From assembly GCF_009914755.1 (NCBI RefSeq), contig NC_060936.1: DNA of 64,000 nucleotides; one strand, 5' to 3'. The notes under the pieces were generated by a model. It searched no databases and was not told where the DNA came from. It was given only the letters and a program-made list of their open reading frames with translations. Position 1 is the stretch's first letter, and every line of letters begins with the position of its first letter. Source of the stretch: the human T2T-CHM13v2.0 reference genome, Homo sapiens. Of the stretch, positions 50,173 through 64,000 are shown one piece after another. Both the position numbers and the translations under genes were made by a program.

Positions 50173-51370
50173 AGTTGTCTGTCAGTTCTAGAATTACAGC
50201 CAATACCACTCAGTCTGTGGTATTTTGTTATGACAGCCTGAACTAATATATCTGGTATCTCAAGAAGAACAGTGTTTAGCTGTTGGTGGTCAGGCAACCC
50301 CAAGCTCATCTGTGGAAGGGCACTTGAAACCTAAGGGCTCTCAAGGGTTTCTCTTCGTTTCTTTTGGTCTCTTCTAAGTATCGCCATCATCAGGAGAATA
50401 TTCTAATTGGTTCTAAGGAGGACGAGTTAGGGACAGCAATGACCTGGAACCACTGGTTGTTTCTTGCATGCTTCTAAGCTGGACCAATTGGGGAAATTAG
50501 TCTATGTTAGTGGAAGGCTTGAATTCTACAAGTGACATAACTAGATTAGTTTTAAATATGAAGATAATGAAACTATAATATAATGGTCCTCAGGGACTTG
50601 TATTAATGAAAAGACCAGAAGAAATTGTCATCAACACATCAAACAGGTTCTTCTAAAAGGGAATGAAATAGTTATAAGTATTCTGGTTCCATTCCTTGTA
50701 AGGTCTATGAAATTAATTTGCTTCACAGACCCTCTGTGCATAGACGCCACCAAGAAAATATTGGTGCTTGAACCAGTGGGGTCAAATTCATGAGCTATTT
50801 CTCTATGTTGAGGTGGGGACACTTTGACTGAAGTATGGAAAATGGAGGGCTGTGTCCTAGATGGCTCCTGTAGGGCTGGTACACAGTCCTTCAGACACTT
50901 TCTGCTACATTTCCAGAACTTGGTCTTGGCTGTAGGTCTAGACCTCACAGGGACAGGAACAACAGCTTCACCAATGGGACAAATACACCCCACCTTGCCC
51001 CACTTTTTAAGGTCAGAGTGTTCTGCTGTAGACTGTCACCTCAGATAAACCATGGAGTGGGGCTACTTAACCTACTCCATACAGGATCAGGCCCTGCCCC
51101 TGAATCTCTTTTTTAGGACGATGGGGACAAAATGGTAACAGATTGAGATGGGAAGGAAGGAAGAAGGTAGGAGAAGTTGGAAAGGCACCCTCCATCATTG
51201 GAGTATGAACTTGGGGTGGGTCCAGGTGCCTCACAGGTGTAAGTTAATGTAGGTTAATATCCACTCCCCTCAAATCTACACTCATATTGTAACATTTCAT
51301 CTTCCTCTTCTTCCTTGCCCTCCTTTCCCCAGAATTCCAGAGCCTTTCCAAATAAAGTATGTGGGATTAG

Positions 51371-51703
<333 letters not shown>

Positions 51704-52033
51704 TAACCAATGATCTTCCTGGATCTAAAAACATTACCCTTTTCTTGCAGGGTGGCGGCCTGACAGGTAGACAGAGATGGTGACTGGGTGTGGACTGACT
51801 GGAGGGGTGACAGGAAAGGGAAACCCTACCCAAAGCCACCTGCCTCAGCCTTAGCCCAGTGCAGATCTGGGAACTTCCAGCACTAGTCATGCCTTCTGGT
51901 TAAGGTGTTGTTTCCTGAATCTCTGTGATTTATGTTTGTGATGTCTGCCATATTCAATTACCGCTGACACTGTCAATCACTCATTTGTGTTTTTGAACTT
52001 GCTTTTAATTTTTCCTCACTAGCTCATCACTCC

Positions 52034-52381
52034 TATGGTCTGAATGTTTGTGTCTCCCCCAGATTCATAGGTTGAAACCTAACCCCCAATGTCATGGTAT
52101 TAGTGGCCTTTGGGAGATGATTAGGTCATGAAGGTGAAGCCTCATGAATGGGGTTAGTGCCTCTTAAGGGGCTGAAGAGATCAGAGTTCTTCCCTTCTGC
52201 CATGTAAGGACACAGCTGGAAGGCACCGTCTATGAGCCAGAGAGAGGGCCCTCACCAGACACTGAATCTGCTGGCACCTTGATCTTGGACTTCCCAGCCA
52301 CTAGAACCGTGAGAAATAAATTTCTGTTGTTTACAAGCCACCAGTTTATGGTATTTGGTATAGTAGCCCCAATGGACCAAG
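52034..52381 (+). mobile_element. MLT1A/MST-like MaLR LTR
   Basis: tatggtctgaatgtttgtgtctcccc...caccttgatcttggacttcccagcc...aataaatttctgttgtt. Confidence 0.8.
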
Positions 52382-52776
52382 GCTCCCAACTCTTGTGTTC
52401 ACCAACAGATGATGATTCAGGCGGTTGATTCATTAATATTCTTCTTGGTGGGCCTGAGGACCTAGACTACAGTTACTTCTAGTCACATTTCCATCACAAT
52501 CTTCAGCTTATGATTTCAAGGAATGTAGTAGTAGCGTGATCATGGCTCACCATAGCCTTGATCTCCTAGGCTCATGCAATCCCCCCACCACAGCCTCCCA
52601 AGTAGCTGGGACTAAAGACATGTGCCACTATGCCCAGCTAATCAATTAATTTTTTTCATTTTTTTTTTTTTTTGTAGACACAGGGTCCCAATATGTTGCC
52701 CAGGCTGGTCTTAAACTCCAGGGCTTAAGTGATCCTCCCACCTTGGCCTCCCAAAGTGCTGGGATGGTAGGTGTGA

Positions 52777-53137
<361 letters not shown>

Positions 53138-54142
53138 TAGGCTTACAGGCCAAGAAGCAAAATTGAAGCTATTACGTAGGTACTTACAAAACAAGAAAGA
53201 AAACAAATTCCTGAACATTCTCAATTGATAAAATTAAAAACATAATAATAACAATTAAGCATACTTTAACACAGGTCTACTATGAGAAGACTGGAATTCA
53301 TTTTTTGGGAGAGAATAATAACATTTTCTTTATTCGGGTTCAAAGGTAATGTTTTCTACCATCAAACTAATTACAAATGTTCATTGGTAAGAAAACCATT
53401 ATTAGCTCATGGGTTGTAAAAAATATGCAGTGACCAGGCTGGATTTGGCTCACAGGTGTTAGTTTGCCAGCTCCTGCCATGATAGATTTAATAAGGGAAA
53501 AATGGGTCTGACTGTCAAACTCCAGAACTGACGTTTCAGTGTTGAGCTGAAAAAAGTACTGATGTCAAAACCTATAGAATGTTCAACACCAAGAGTGAAC
53601 CCTAAAGTAAACTATGGACTGTGGCTGATAATGATGTGTCATTGTAGGTACATCAGTTCTAACAAACGCACCACTCTGGTGTGGGATGCTGATAGGAGGA
53701 GAGACTGTGAGTGTGTAGGGACAGGAGGATGTGGGAACTCTCTGTACTTTCTGCTCATTTTGCTGTCAACCTAAAATTGCTTTAAAACGTAAAGCCTATT
53801 TTAAAATGTCCTGGAGGACATAACAGATATTTCAATAGCTAGCAAACCAGTGATCTATATCATCTACTACGCATTGCTCTGAGTAATTACGGAGAAGGCT
53901 CAGTTAGCGAAGGTCTGAGAGATTTGTGGCCAGGCCTGAAGGTTCTTCCTACAGGGCAACTCACATCAGTCTTGTCTTGATCAATATCCACGAAACCAAG
54001 GGTTTGACATCCCTGTTTTCTTTCCTTCCAAGAACCCATTAAACTGAATACACAACTATTGTAATATAAAATATCTGCCCACGTGCTTCCTAAAATTATC
54101 TCATAGTATGTGACTACGCCATGAGATAATGTGAGGTTAGGG

Positions 54143-54327
54143 CAGTATTTGTCAAATCTGACTGCACGTTAGAGTCAATTGGAGAGACTTAAAGAAAAAA
54201 GCAACACATGGGCCCAATTCTAGATCAATTCCATCGGAATCTCTGGAGATGGGTCTTGGTTATTGTATTAGTACACTGCAAACCTCTCTAGGTGGTTTTG
54301 AGGAGCCTCCAGGATTGGGAACCACTG
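54143..54327. mobile_element. MER5A-like hAT element
   Basis: cagtatttgtcaaa...cacgttagagtca...gaatctctggagatggg...gaaccactg. Confidence 0.65.
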
Positions 54328-54699
54328 GGTCATAGCAGGGTGTCTACAGAAGCTTCTATGAAGTATACACCGTAGCTATTGGGAAGGGCAGCTCATTGAG
54401 CAATATCCAGGGATTGATATCCTTCAGCACAAACAATGGGGTGAACCTTGGGTAATGGGGCTCTGAGGGAGTGTGTATATGAAAAGAAGTCACAGAAAGG
54501 ATAAAAAATGGTGCACGGGGAGACCAGGCAATGTGACTTAATGGGTGGGAGGGGTCCCAGACAGCCAGGATGCAGCTGGTTTTATGAGAAATGAATGGAC
54601 ACTACCTCTCCACAACGAAGCGCTCACTTTGTAAGTAGGTCAAGCTCCCCAGGAGCCTTAGTCTTCCCTGACCCCCGACCCCCTTATCCCCTTGCTCAC

Positions 54700-54816
54700 C
54701 TCACATTGGCCAGGGGTCCAGCACTCTCAAAGTTGTCTCTGAGGTCGGGCCCATCGCCTGATGATTTTTGGGAGTCAGAGTAGGAGGAGACGCTGTTGAA
54801 TCGGACCTTGTAGCTC
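54700..54816 (-). CDS. NOS1: NOS1 exon 17 (117 nt): SYKVRFNSVSSYSDSQKSSGDGPDLRDNFESAGPLANVR; autoinhibitory loop with the CaMK site Ser852
   Basis: Manual translation; gcag| acceptor and |gtgag donor. Confidence 0.98.
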
Positions 54817-55188
54817 CTGCCAAAACCAAAGAGAACCTGTGAGCTCTGGCCTGGAGCTCCCTCCTGAGGTCAACACCCTTGATGGATCTTCAAGTGACCA
54901 GTCCTGATTCTAGGGCCTTCTCTTGTATGTTGAGTCAAACCATAACACTCCCATGGCCTCTTCTATAATCTACCAACTTACCCTTGTCCACCACAGTGGT
55001 AACTGTTCATCTGCACTTGGTCTTAACTGGTACTAAAAAGGTTTCTGGCCATGCTTAACTCAGGAAACCTGAGACCCATAAAGTTAAAATGATTTAATCA
55101 GTAAGAAGTCAGGAACAGAACTAACTACTCCCCTAAACCATGAGACCATGCTCCCTTGTTTCTAAAAAAAAAAAAAATTTTTTTTTGA

Positions 55189-55481
<293 letters not shown>

Positions 55482-55631
55482 TAATGTGTACAAGAATCAT
55501 CCTGGGATTTCATTAAAATGCAGATTCTGATTAAGTAGTTCTGGGACCTGGCTTGGGGTTCTGCATTTCTAACGAGCTCCCAGGAGATGCCAGTGTCTCC
55601 AGACTTCATTTTAAGTAGCTAGAAACTAGAC

Positions 55632-55908
55632 CATGCTGTCCAAGATGGCAGCCATTGGCTAAGTGTGGCTATCTAAAGTTAAATTAATTTGAGTTAAATA
55701 CAAGTCAATGTGGTTGGTACACTGCAAACCTCCCTAGGTGATTCTGATGTGCATTCAGCTTTGAGAACCACTGGGTCATAGCAGGGTGTCACTTGCACCA
55801 GCCACATTTCAGGGGCTCCGGAGCCACGTTTGGTTAGTGGCTGCTATAGTGGACAGCACAGATATAGAACATTTACATCTCTCTAGAAAGTTCTTCTGGA
55901 CAGTGCTG
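55632..55908 (-). mobile_element. MER3/MER33-like hAT element carrying a 74-bp foreign insert
   Basis: gctgtccaagatggcagcca...ggacagcacagatatagaacattt...tggacagtgctg. Confidence 0.75.
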
Positions 55909-56049
55909 GAGTATCCCATTCAATACTGTCCTTCCATAAAGTTATGGTCCTTAGACATTTCAGGGCTCTATCAAATTTCACATTTCAAGTAAATATGAAC
56001 AATGTTCAGCACTGACGCCTGGCATGGAAAGAGACTGCATTTTTTAAAT

Positions 56050-56185
56050 TAATACCTAATGCTAAATGACGAGTTAATGGGTGCAGCACACCAGCATGGC
56101 ACATGTATACATATGTAACTAACCTGCACATTGTGCACATGTACCCTAAAACTTAGAGTATAATAATAATAAAATTAAAAAAATA
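56050..56185 (+). mobile_element. Short L1PA 3'-end fragment (~130 bp) with A-rich tail
   Basis: ctaatgctaaatgacgagttaatgggtgcagcacacc...gtaccctaaaactt. Confidence 0.9.
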
Positions 56186-56997
56186 AATTATTTGGAAGGT
56201 GAAGGAAGATGTCTTTGGGACTCAAATCTCAGCATGAGAGGCTCAGGAACCTTGATATTAAAAAAAATCCAATTTCTCCGTTTTCCTCCAAAAATGGTAA
56301 GTTGTGCTCTCAGGCAAGGCAAAACAAAACAAAGCAAACAGAAACAAACAAAAAATCTGAGACCAAACAAACAAGCAACCAAAACTCCAAAACAAAACCC
56401 AAAACTCAAGAAGCAAACCCAACACACAAATCTAATTACAAAAAATTAAAAAGAAATGAGAAAATTAAAAAAAGAGAGAAAAAGAAGAAAAGAAATTGTG
56501 CATTCTAGCAGCAGGGTTTCTAAGCTGGATGTTCTTTAAAGTTTTCGCTCCAGCATCAGGAAAGTTCTAAATATATGTAAGTGTATTTTCTGCCCTAAAA
56601 TAGTCTCACATTGAGTCATGCAATATATCAGGGGGTGGCTGTGTTGTTAGTGTGGGAGGAATGGTTGATGGTTGTGGGTAAAAATAACAGCACGTGCATT
56701 TGTATGAGGTTGGAGGTTTTTTCAAATGCTTTCCTTTTTGTTATTACCCTTTGACCCTGCCAATAGGCCACAGAAGTGGGTAGGGCAGAGCTAATTTCTC
56801 CCCATTCGGCAGATGAGAAAGACCAAGGCCCACAGGGGTTAAGCGACTTGCTCAAGGTCACTTAGTGAGTTAGTGACACAGCTCAGGTTAGAACTCGGAT
56901 CTCCTTGAGACCTAGATGTGTGGCCTGGGATGCTCAGGCATTGGGTGTGCATGCATACACTCGCACACACCTGCGTGTACACACATGCACACTCTAC

Positions 56998-57099
56998 CTG
57001 TGCTGGCTGTCACGGGCTGCAGCCAGACCGTGGACTTCTGTGTCACCATTGGGGAGGGGAGGCCCTTTACGGGGAAAGAAACGCAAGGGTTCCGGGTAC
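56998..57099 (-). CDS. NOS1: Alternative cassette exon of nNOS-mu (102 nt, +34 aa: YPEPLRFFPRKGPPLPNGDTEVHGLAAARDSQHR) in the autoinhibitory insert
   Basis: ctag| acceptor and |gtagag donor; 102 nt, phase 2-2, no stop; matches the known 34-aa mu insert between exons 16 and 17. Confidence 0.93.
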
Positions 57100-57805
57100 C
57101 TAGAGGGGAGAATCGATGGTGCCCTATCTCTCCCTGAAGGAGGGGTGAGAGGGAACCTGCTGGGAGGCCATCTAGGATGGGGTGGGAAGGAGAGAGGTAA
57201 GGAGAGTGAGGACTAAGATGCTGGAGTTGGGCGTAGAACGAGGGCTGACCACAAAGGACTCAGCAACGGTCAGTCTCCTGGGTATCAAACTTATGTGAAT
57301 ACGGCAGCATGTTCTCTGCACAAAGAAAATCAGAAGGGATTTTCTGTTTTTTTTTTTTGAGACGGAGTCTCACTCTGTCACCCAACCTGGAGTGCAGTAG
57401 CGCAATCTCGGCTCACCGCAACATCTGCCTCCCAGGCTCAAGTGATTCTCCTGCCTCAGCCTCCTGAGTAGCTGGGATTACAGGTGCACTCCACCATGGC
57501 CAGCTAATTTTTATGTTTTTAGTAGAGACGGGTTTCACCATGTTGGCCAGGCTGGTCTCGAACTCCTGACCTTAGGTGATCCTCTCGCCTCAGCCTCCCA
57601 AAATGCTGGGATTACAGGCATGAGCCACTGTGTCTGGCCTCAGAAGGGATTTTCTGCTTAACACAGCCAAAAAACACCAGCCAGCTAGAGCATTTGATGT
57701 TCACCTTAAGACACAGGGATCTGCTTGCTCCATGCTGGAGCAAATACTGAGTTGGCCTCATGGAAAGGCAGCTCAGCGTGCACACACCATGTGTCCTATA
57801 CCTTA

Positions 57806-58444
<639 letters not shown>

Positions 58445-58851
58445 ATCAATGGTAAGTTTGATTAGATGCTTTTTTACTTTACCAAATACCTTTAGAACTC
58501 AATCCCACATTAGATGCGGTTCCATTACAAACATATTTTTGACTACAGGTATGTTTTGTCTTACAAGGTATCTTATCTTTTGAACTCAACTTCTAGATTA
58601 GCTGCAACTTCACTGTGAGCATCAGACAGGAAGCTTTTAAGGAAAGAAGTTCCATTCTTTGATTTTAGCTTTTTTTTTTTTTTTTTTTTTTTTTGACAGG
58701 TCTGGCTGTTCAGGCTGGCCTCAAATTCCTGGGGCCAAGTGATCCTTCTGGCTCAGCCTCCAGAGTAGCTGAGACTATAGGTGTGCACTACCATGCCTGA
58801 CTGCCTTGCACTGATTTTGAATGTAGGTTCTCAAAGAGGGAAAAAGAATAA

Positions 58852-59145
<294 letters not shown>

Positions 59146-59458
59146 TGAGCCACCACGCCCAGCACACAGTGCTTTTACATCTAGTTTGTGATTTGATTCT
59201 TACTAATTAGAAAGTCAAGGTAGGTGCTATAATCTCTATTTGATAGAAAAGGAAACTGAGGCACAAGGCTGTGAAGTGACCCAGATACCAAAATATTTGC
59301 CCCAGTAGACTGCAGACACCTCACAACTAAGACCCATTACAAATGGACTTCAGATTACAGCCACCATCCAGAACTCAAATGTGAACCCCAGGTGCCAAAA
59401 GTCAATGTCCAGTTACCCTCGGGGGTGGCGGGTGACGTCGGAGGGGTCATTCACTTAC

Positions 59459-59517
59459 TTCCTTTCTTCCTGCACAGAGTTGGGGTGCCTCATTTCCATC
59501 AAAGCACAGCCGAATTT
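59459..59517 (-). CDS. NOS1: NOS1 exon 16 (59 nt): KFGCALMEMRHPNSVQEERK
   Basis: Manual translation; ccag| acceptor and |gtaagt donor; frame is continuous. Confidence 0.97.
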
Positions 59518-60087
59518 CTGGAAGCCAAAACATATGGGTGAAATTAGCACATCTTAGTAAATGGGAAATCAGGTCGGATACTGAGGGTCTGGGGTCCTGG
59601 CTGTCAAAGAGGAGACTGATGCCCGGAGGCCAGGATGTCAGGAGCGGTCAGGGGCTCAGGCTGGACAGTAATGCCTGGGCTACAGACGCAGTGGATACAC
59701 CTGCTGTTTAAATGACTACAGGTGTGGACTCCCTACCCCCAGCACACAACTTCCCGTTGGAGCCTTCCTTCTATAAAAATATTGTCCCCATGTTCCTCAT
59801 CTACATCAGGGAACATCAAGCTAATGATAGGAGCAGCCACTGCAAACAAATAGCTCACTTAGGTGACAATATTTTCACCAGGGACTTGCTAACTAATGGA
59901 CGCCAGTAGACTGAGTACTTGGAATTGTCCAACCTTTGTATAACTTGGATCCAAATGGAAATTACTGGCTTTCAGGCTCTGGGAGGGTTTGCTACTGAAT
60001 AGCAGGTGTAGGAAGAGTCTCAACCTTGGCCCCTACTTCTTCCTGATGATGGAACCACACTCTTGAACAGGTAAAAGCTCATCTCAC

Positions 60088-60192
60088 CTCCCCATTCTCA
60101 GGGGGATCTCCATTGCCAAAGGTGCTGGTGACCACAAGGACCAGAGTTTCATGTTCCAGGTGCACAATGTCATATTCTTCCATGGACATCAC
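60088..60192 (-). CDS. NOS1: NOS1 exon 15 (105 nt): [35 protein letters not shown] (FMN binding)
   Basis: Manual translation; STFGNGDPP motif; ctag| acceptor and |gtgag donor. Confidence 0.98.
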
Positions 60193-60993
60193 CTAGGTGG
60201 GCAGGGCACAGGTATAGGATGGGGAGAGGAAGAAGGGGATGAGGAGAGAAAAGAGGTGGGAGAGACAAAAAGTGATGGGGGAAGGGCAAGAGGAGAGAAA
60301 GGAAAAATGTGAGTCATTTTGGGTCATCTCCTTTGGAAGGAGAACCAAAAGATCTGAGGTGTTAGTACTTCAGTGGGCTCAAGTGGGTAGAACTAAACGC
60401 TTTTTGGTAGCGTGGGACCTTGCTATGGTCACTGTGGCCTGAAGGGTTGTGGAGAATCTGAAGCAATGGTTCAAGGGATTGGCAGATACTAGAAACACAG
60501 CTTGATGGAATCCCATGGGATTCTTATAGTCAATTGGTCTTGGATTCTTCCTGACCCCAGTTAGGCCGGGAATGATCTGGCTAGAGCTGACTAAGTCTTC
60601 TCAACCTCCTCTCTAATCCTCCCCCGAGCAGTGTGGAGCACCTGGCCAAACAAGTCTGAGATATCTGCCTTCTGGAAAGATGATTGCCCTGTGTCTCATC
60701 ATCGTCTGAGCAACATTTCTCAAAATAGGTTCTAGAAAATCCCAGTCTCCTGAGATGCTCCATGAAAACAAGCGATCCACGATCAAACATGTTTGGGAAA
60801 CGTCTATATTCTATCCTCGCCTCTTTTGGAGATTAGAACACATGCTTATAGATTACAGGCTCTGGGAAGTCCTGCCACAGCAATGAAAACCATCGAGCTG
60901 GCCGGGTGCGGTGGCTCACGCCTGTAATCCCAGCACTTTGGGAGGCCGAGGCGGGCGAATCAAGAGGTCAGGAGATCGAGACCATCCTGGCTA

Positions 60994-61284
<291 letters not shown>

Positions 61285-61526
61285 TTATAAACCCTCTAAC
61301 ATTTTGCTCTAAAGAGGGGAATTTCATTTTGTGACTCCTGGACTCATGGGGACAGGGATATCACAGTCCCCTGAAATTTATGCAAATGTGTATGTGAGCT
61401 GATAGGCCCTGTCAGGTGTGCTTTCATCCTTTGCCAAAGGCTTCTTCTCTGTTGACTTCCCTCTCTCCCCTTCCTGCCTTAATTCACCATGAGAAGCTGG
61501 TGGAGCTAGGGCTACCCCCCACCTAC

Positions 61527-61671
61527 CTTGGCATCAAAGGCGTGTTTGAAGATCTCACACAAGGTCTTGGCATAAGCTTGCGATTTGCCTGTCTCTGTGG
61601 CATAGAGGATGGTCGCTTTCACCCTCTTGGCCATAGCCTGCCCCATCAGCTTGGCCGAGAACTTGACAGCT
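61527..61671 (-). CDS. NOS1: NOS1 exon 14 (145 nt): end of CaM-binding helix and start of FMN domain (AVKFSAKLMGQAMAKRVKATILYATETGKSQAYAKTLCEIFKHAFDAK)
   Basis: Translation matches nNOS and includes the flavodoxin ATETGKS motif; acceptor ccag| and donor |gtaggt on the minus strand. Confidence 0.98.
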
Positions 61672-61904
61672 CTGGAGGGAAGAGGATGGAGATGAAAAAT
61701 GGGCAACAGAAAAGGGGAGAGAAGATGCTGGATTGGGACTTTCGTGCAAGAACCAGGATCCATGAAATATAACAGAAGAGAACTCTCTTGATCTTTGATG
61801 GCTTCAGGGGTTTCCTCAGAGGCACTTGAAGTCTTTGTGTTTAAGCACCGTATTATTAAAGTATTATTAAATCCTTTATTTTATTTTATTTTTTAACTTC
61901 TCTA

Positions 61905-62281
<377 letters not shown>

Positions 62282-63463
62282 TTAGTCATGAATTAAAAGG
62301 AGTAGTTAGTTTTGTTAGCTTGTTACTTGATTGATCCCAGGCTTAAGAACCTTGGTTTGCCAAGCATTGCCTCAAAAGATGATCGTTCATCCATTTCCTC
62401 TCTCTTTCATTCATCAAATATTTATTAAGTGCTTAACTATGTGTCAGTATTGTTATAGGAAATGGAGACCACAGAGAACATAGCTATGGAATGCAGCTGT
62501 CATAGGGCTCATATTCTAATGTGTGTGTGTATGCACATGTGTGAATGAGAGAAAGAGAGAGAGAAATGAATCACGAATTAGTCACCAGGCATTGAGTTTG
62601 ATGGGATTTAGAGGTTTATTGGTCCACAAGGGAAGGACCAGGTCTGATTTATTCAGCAATGCATGTCAAGGGTCTTGCACAGAGCCTGATACCCAACAGG
62701 CACTAAATAAATATCTATCAAAAGAAGTTATGGGATGGGCATAGTGGCTCATGCCTGTGATCCTGGCACTTTGGGAGGCTGAGGCGGGAGGATCACTTGA
62801 GGCCAAGGGTTTGAAACCAGCTTGGTCAACAGAGTGAGACTTTGTCTCTACAAAAAAGAAATAAAAGAAGTTATGAATTTTAAAAGATGCTGCCACTGAG
62901 ACCCTGGGAAGTCTGAACATCAAATCCAGCCTCTTTCTAACTAAACAGAGAAGCCCAAACCAGTGTCTCTTCCTTCTGCTCTACTGGGCAGGGCGAGTTC
63001 CAGGGGCACTAGCAGACAGGCCAGAGGCTCAGAAATACCCAGGCTCGACTCCTTAACAAGCCTCCCTGTTGTAACTAGAAATCTCAGTGCAGACAAATCG
63101 CTAACTTCCCCCCACCTGGGATTATCGGCGTTAAGTTCATTATTTTTTAGAATCAGGGAAACCGCCCACGATGCAGGAAGACTTAGCTAAGGGGAAGAAA
63201 CAGAAAGGAATAAAAGGTACCTGGAGGGTTCCCTTTGAATAATTTGAGCATAAAGATGCATCTATAATTAATTCCCATTGTTACTACCCAAAACTTAATA
63301 GTGTAATTAATGTTTTAGATTTCTCCCTCCCCTTTCCCCCCAGAGACAGTGGAGCTGAACTGAAGCCAACAATTGCCCTCCCTGAGAATATCTGAGATAT
63401 TCTTGTTAGGGAAATGGTGGCTGCTGATGTGTTCTTGCTTGGCTGGGGGATGGGATTAGGGTG

Positions 63464-63596
63464 GAAGGAGAGAGAGGGAGGGAGGGAGGGAGAGAGAGAG
63501 AGAGAGAGACAGAGAGAGGAGAGGGAGGGAGGGAGAGAAAGGGGGAGGGGGAGAGAGAGAGAGAGAGAAGAGAGAGGAGAGAGAGAGAGAGAGAGA
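63464..63596. repeat. (GA)n/GGGA purine-rich tract in intron 13
   Basis: Seen directly. Confidence 0.9.
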
Positions 63597-64000
63597 TTGA
63601 TTGATTCTATGGGCTCTATTAATGGAGCCAGGACCTAGGTTTGGGTCCCTGCAAGACCCACCAGTGTCTTGTCTCTGGGGCCCATGGCTTAGATGACACC
63701 TGTTGTACAACTAGTTATCATACATAGAGAATTCTGGACCTGAGGGAGCTGAGGAAACAGAGTAGTGTCTTCTGACAAAAAGTTAGCTCCAAACAGTGGT
63801 CTTTGGTAAGTGGATCAGTGGGGTTCTCTTTTTTTGGGGCAGAAGGCTGGCATCCCCGTTAAATCAACTTAGTTAACCCCATCCTACTTGTCAGCTGGTC
63901 CTCTGGCTGGTCAGGCATTCTTCAGGAAAATCACTCCTCAGTAGTCTCAGGCCATAACCCGCTTCCTTCCCCTCTTTGCTTAAACTTTCTTAATCTCATT

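Noticed and set aside
56050-56185. Human-specific L1-Ta insertion (acttaGagta)
   Set aside because: Other diagnostics (GAG rather than ACA, taatggg) indicate an older L1PA; the G is probably a point mutation

Overview
Human-type (primate) genomic DNA containing the 3' half of NOS1 (neuronal nitric oxide synthase) on the minus strand. Coding exons 14-29 (61671 down to the TAA stop at 16367) all have GT-AG ends and splice in frame (2083 nt in total). They encode the end of the calmodulin-binding helix and the whole FMN/FAD/NADPH reductase domain. The 102-nt alternative nNOS-mu cassette exon lies at 56998-57099. A long 3' UTR follows, with proximal (~14.2 kb) and distal (~9.2 kb) poly(A)-signal candidates, then about 9 kb of intergenic DNA. 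The window is very Alu-rich (over 50 copies) and also carries L1, L2/MIR, MaLR/ERV LTRs and hAT MERs; most ORFs in the supplied track are Alu or simple-repeat artefacts. The most unusual structure is a non-Alu ~230-bp inverted repeat in intron 20 whose loop and inner arm duplicate the sequence next to the exon 20 donor. Other notable items: a poly(A)-tailed, TSD-flanked LTR retrocopy; a 74-bp templated duplication flanking exon 17; RBFOX/QKI motifs downstream of the mu exon; and inverted Alus confined to the long 3' UTR isoform. Exon and residue numbers follow my recollection of the canonical 29-exon, 1434-aa human protein. Repeat family names are from memory of consensus sequences and their boundaries are approximate.
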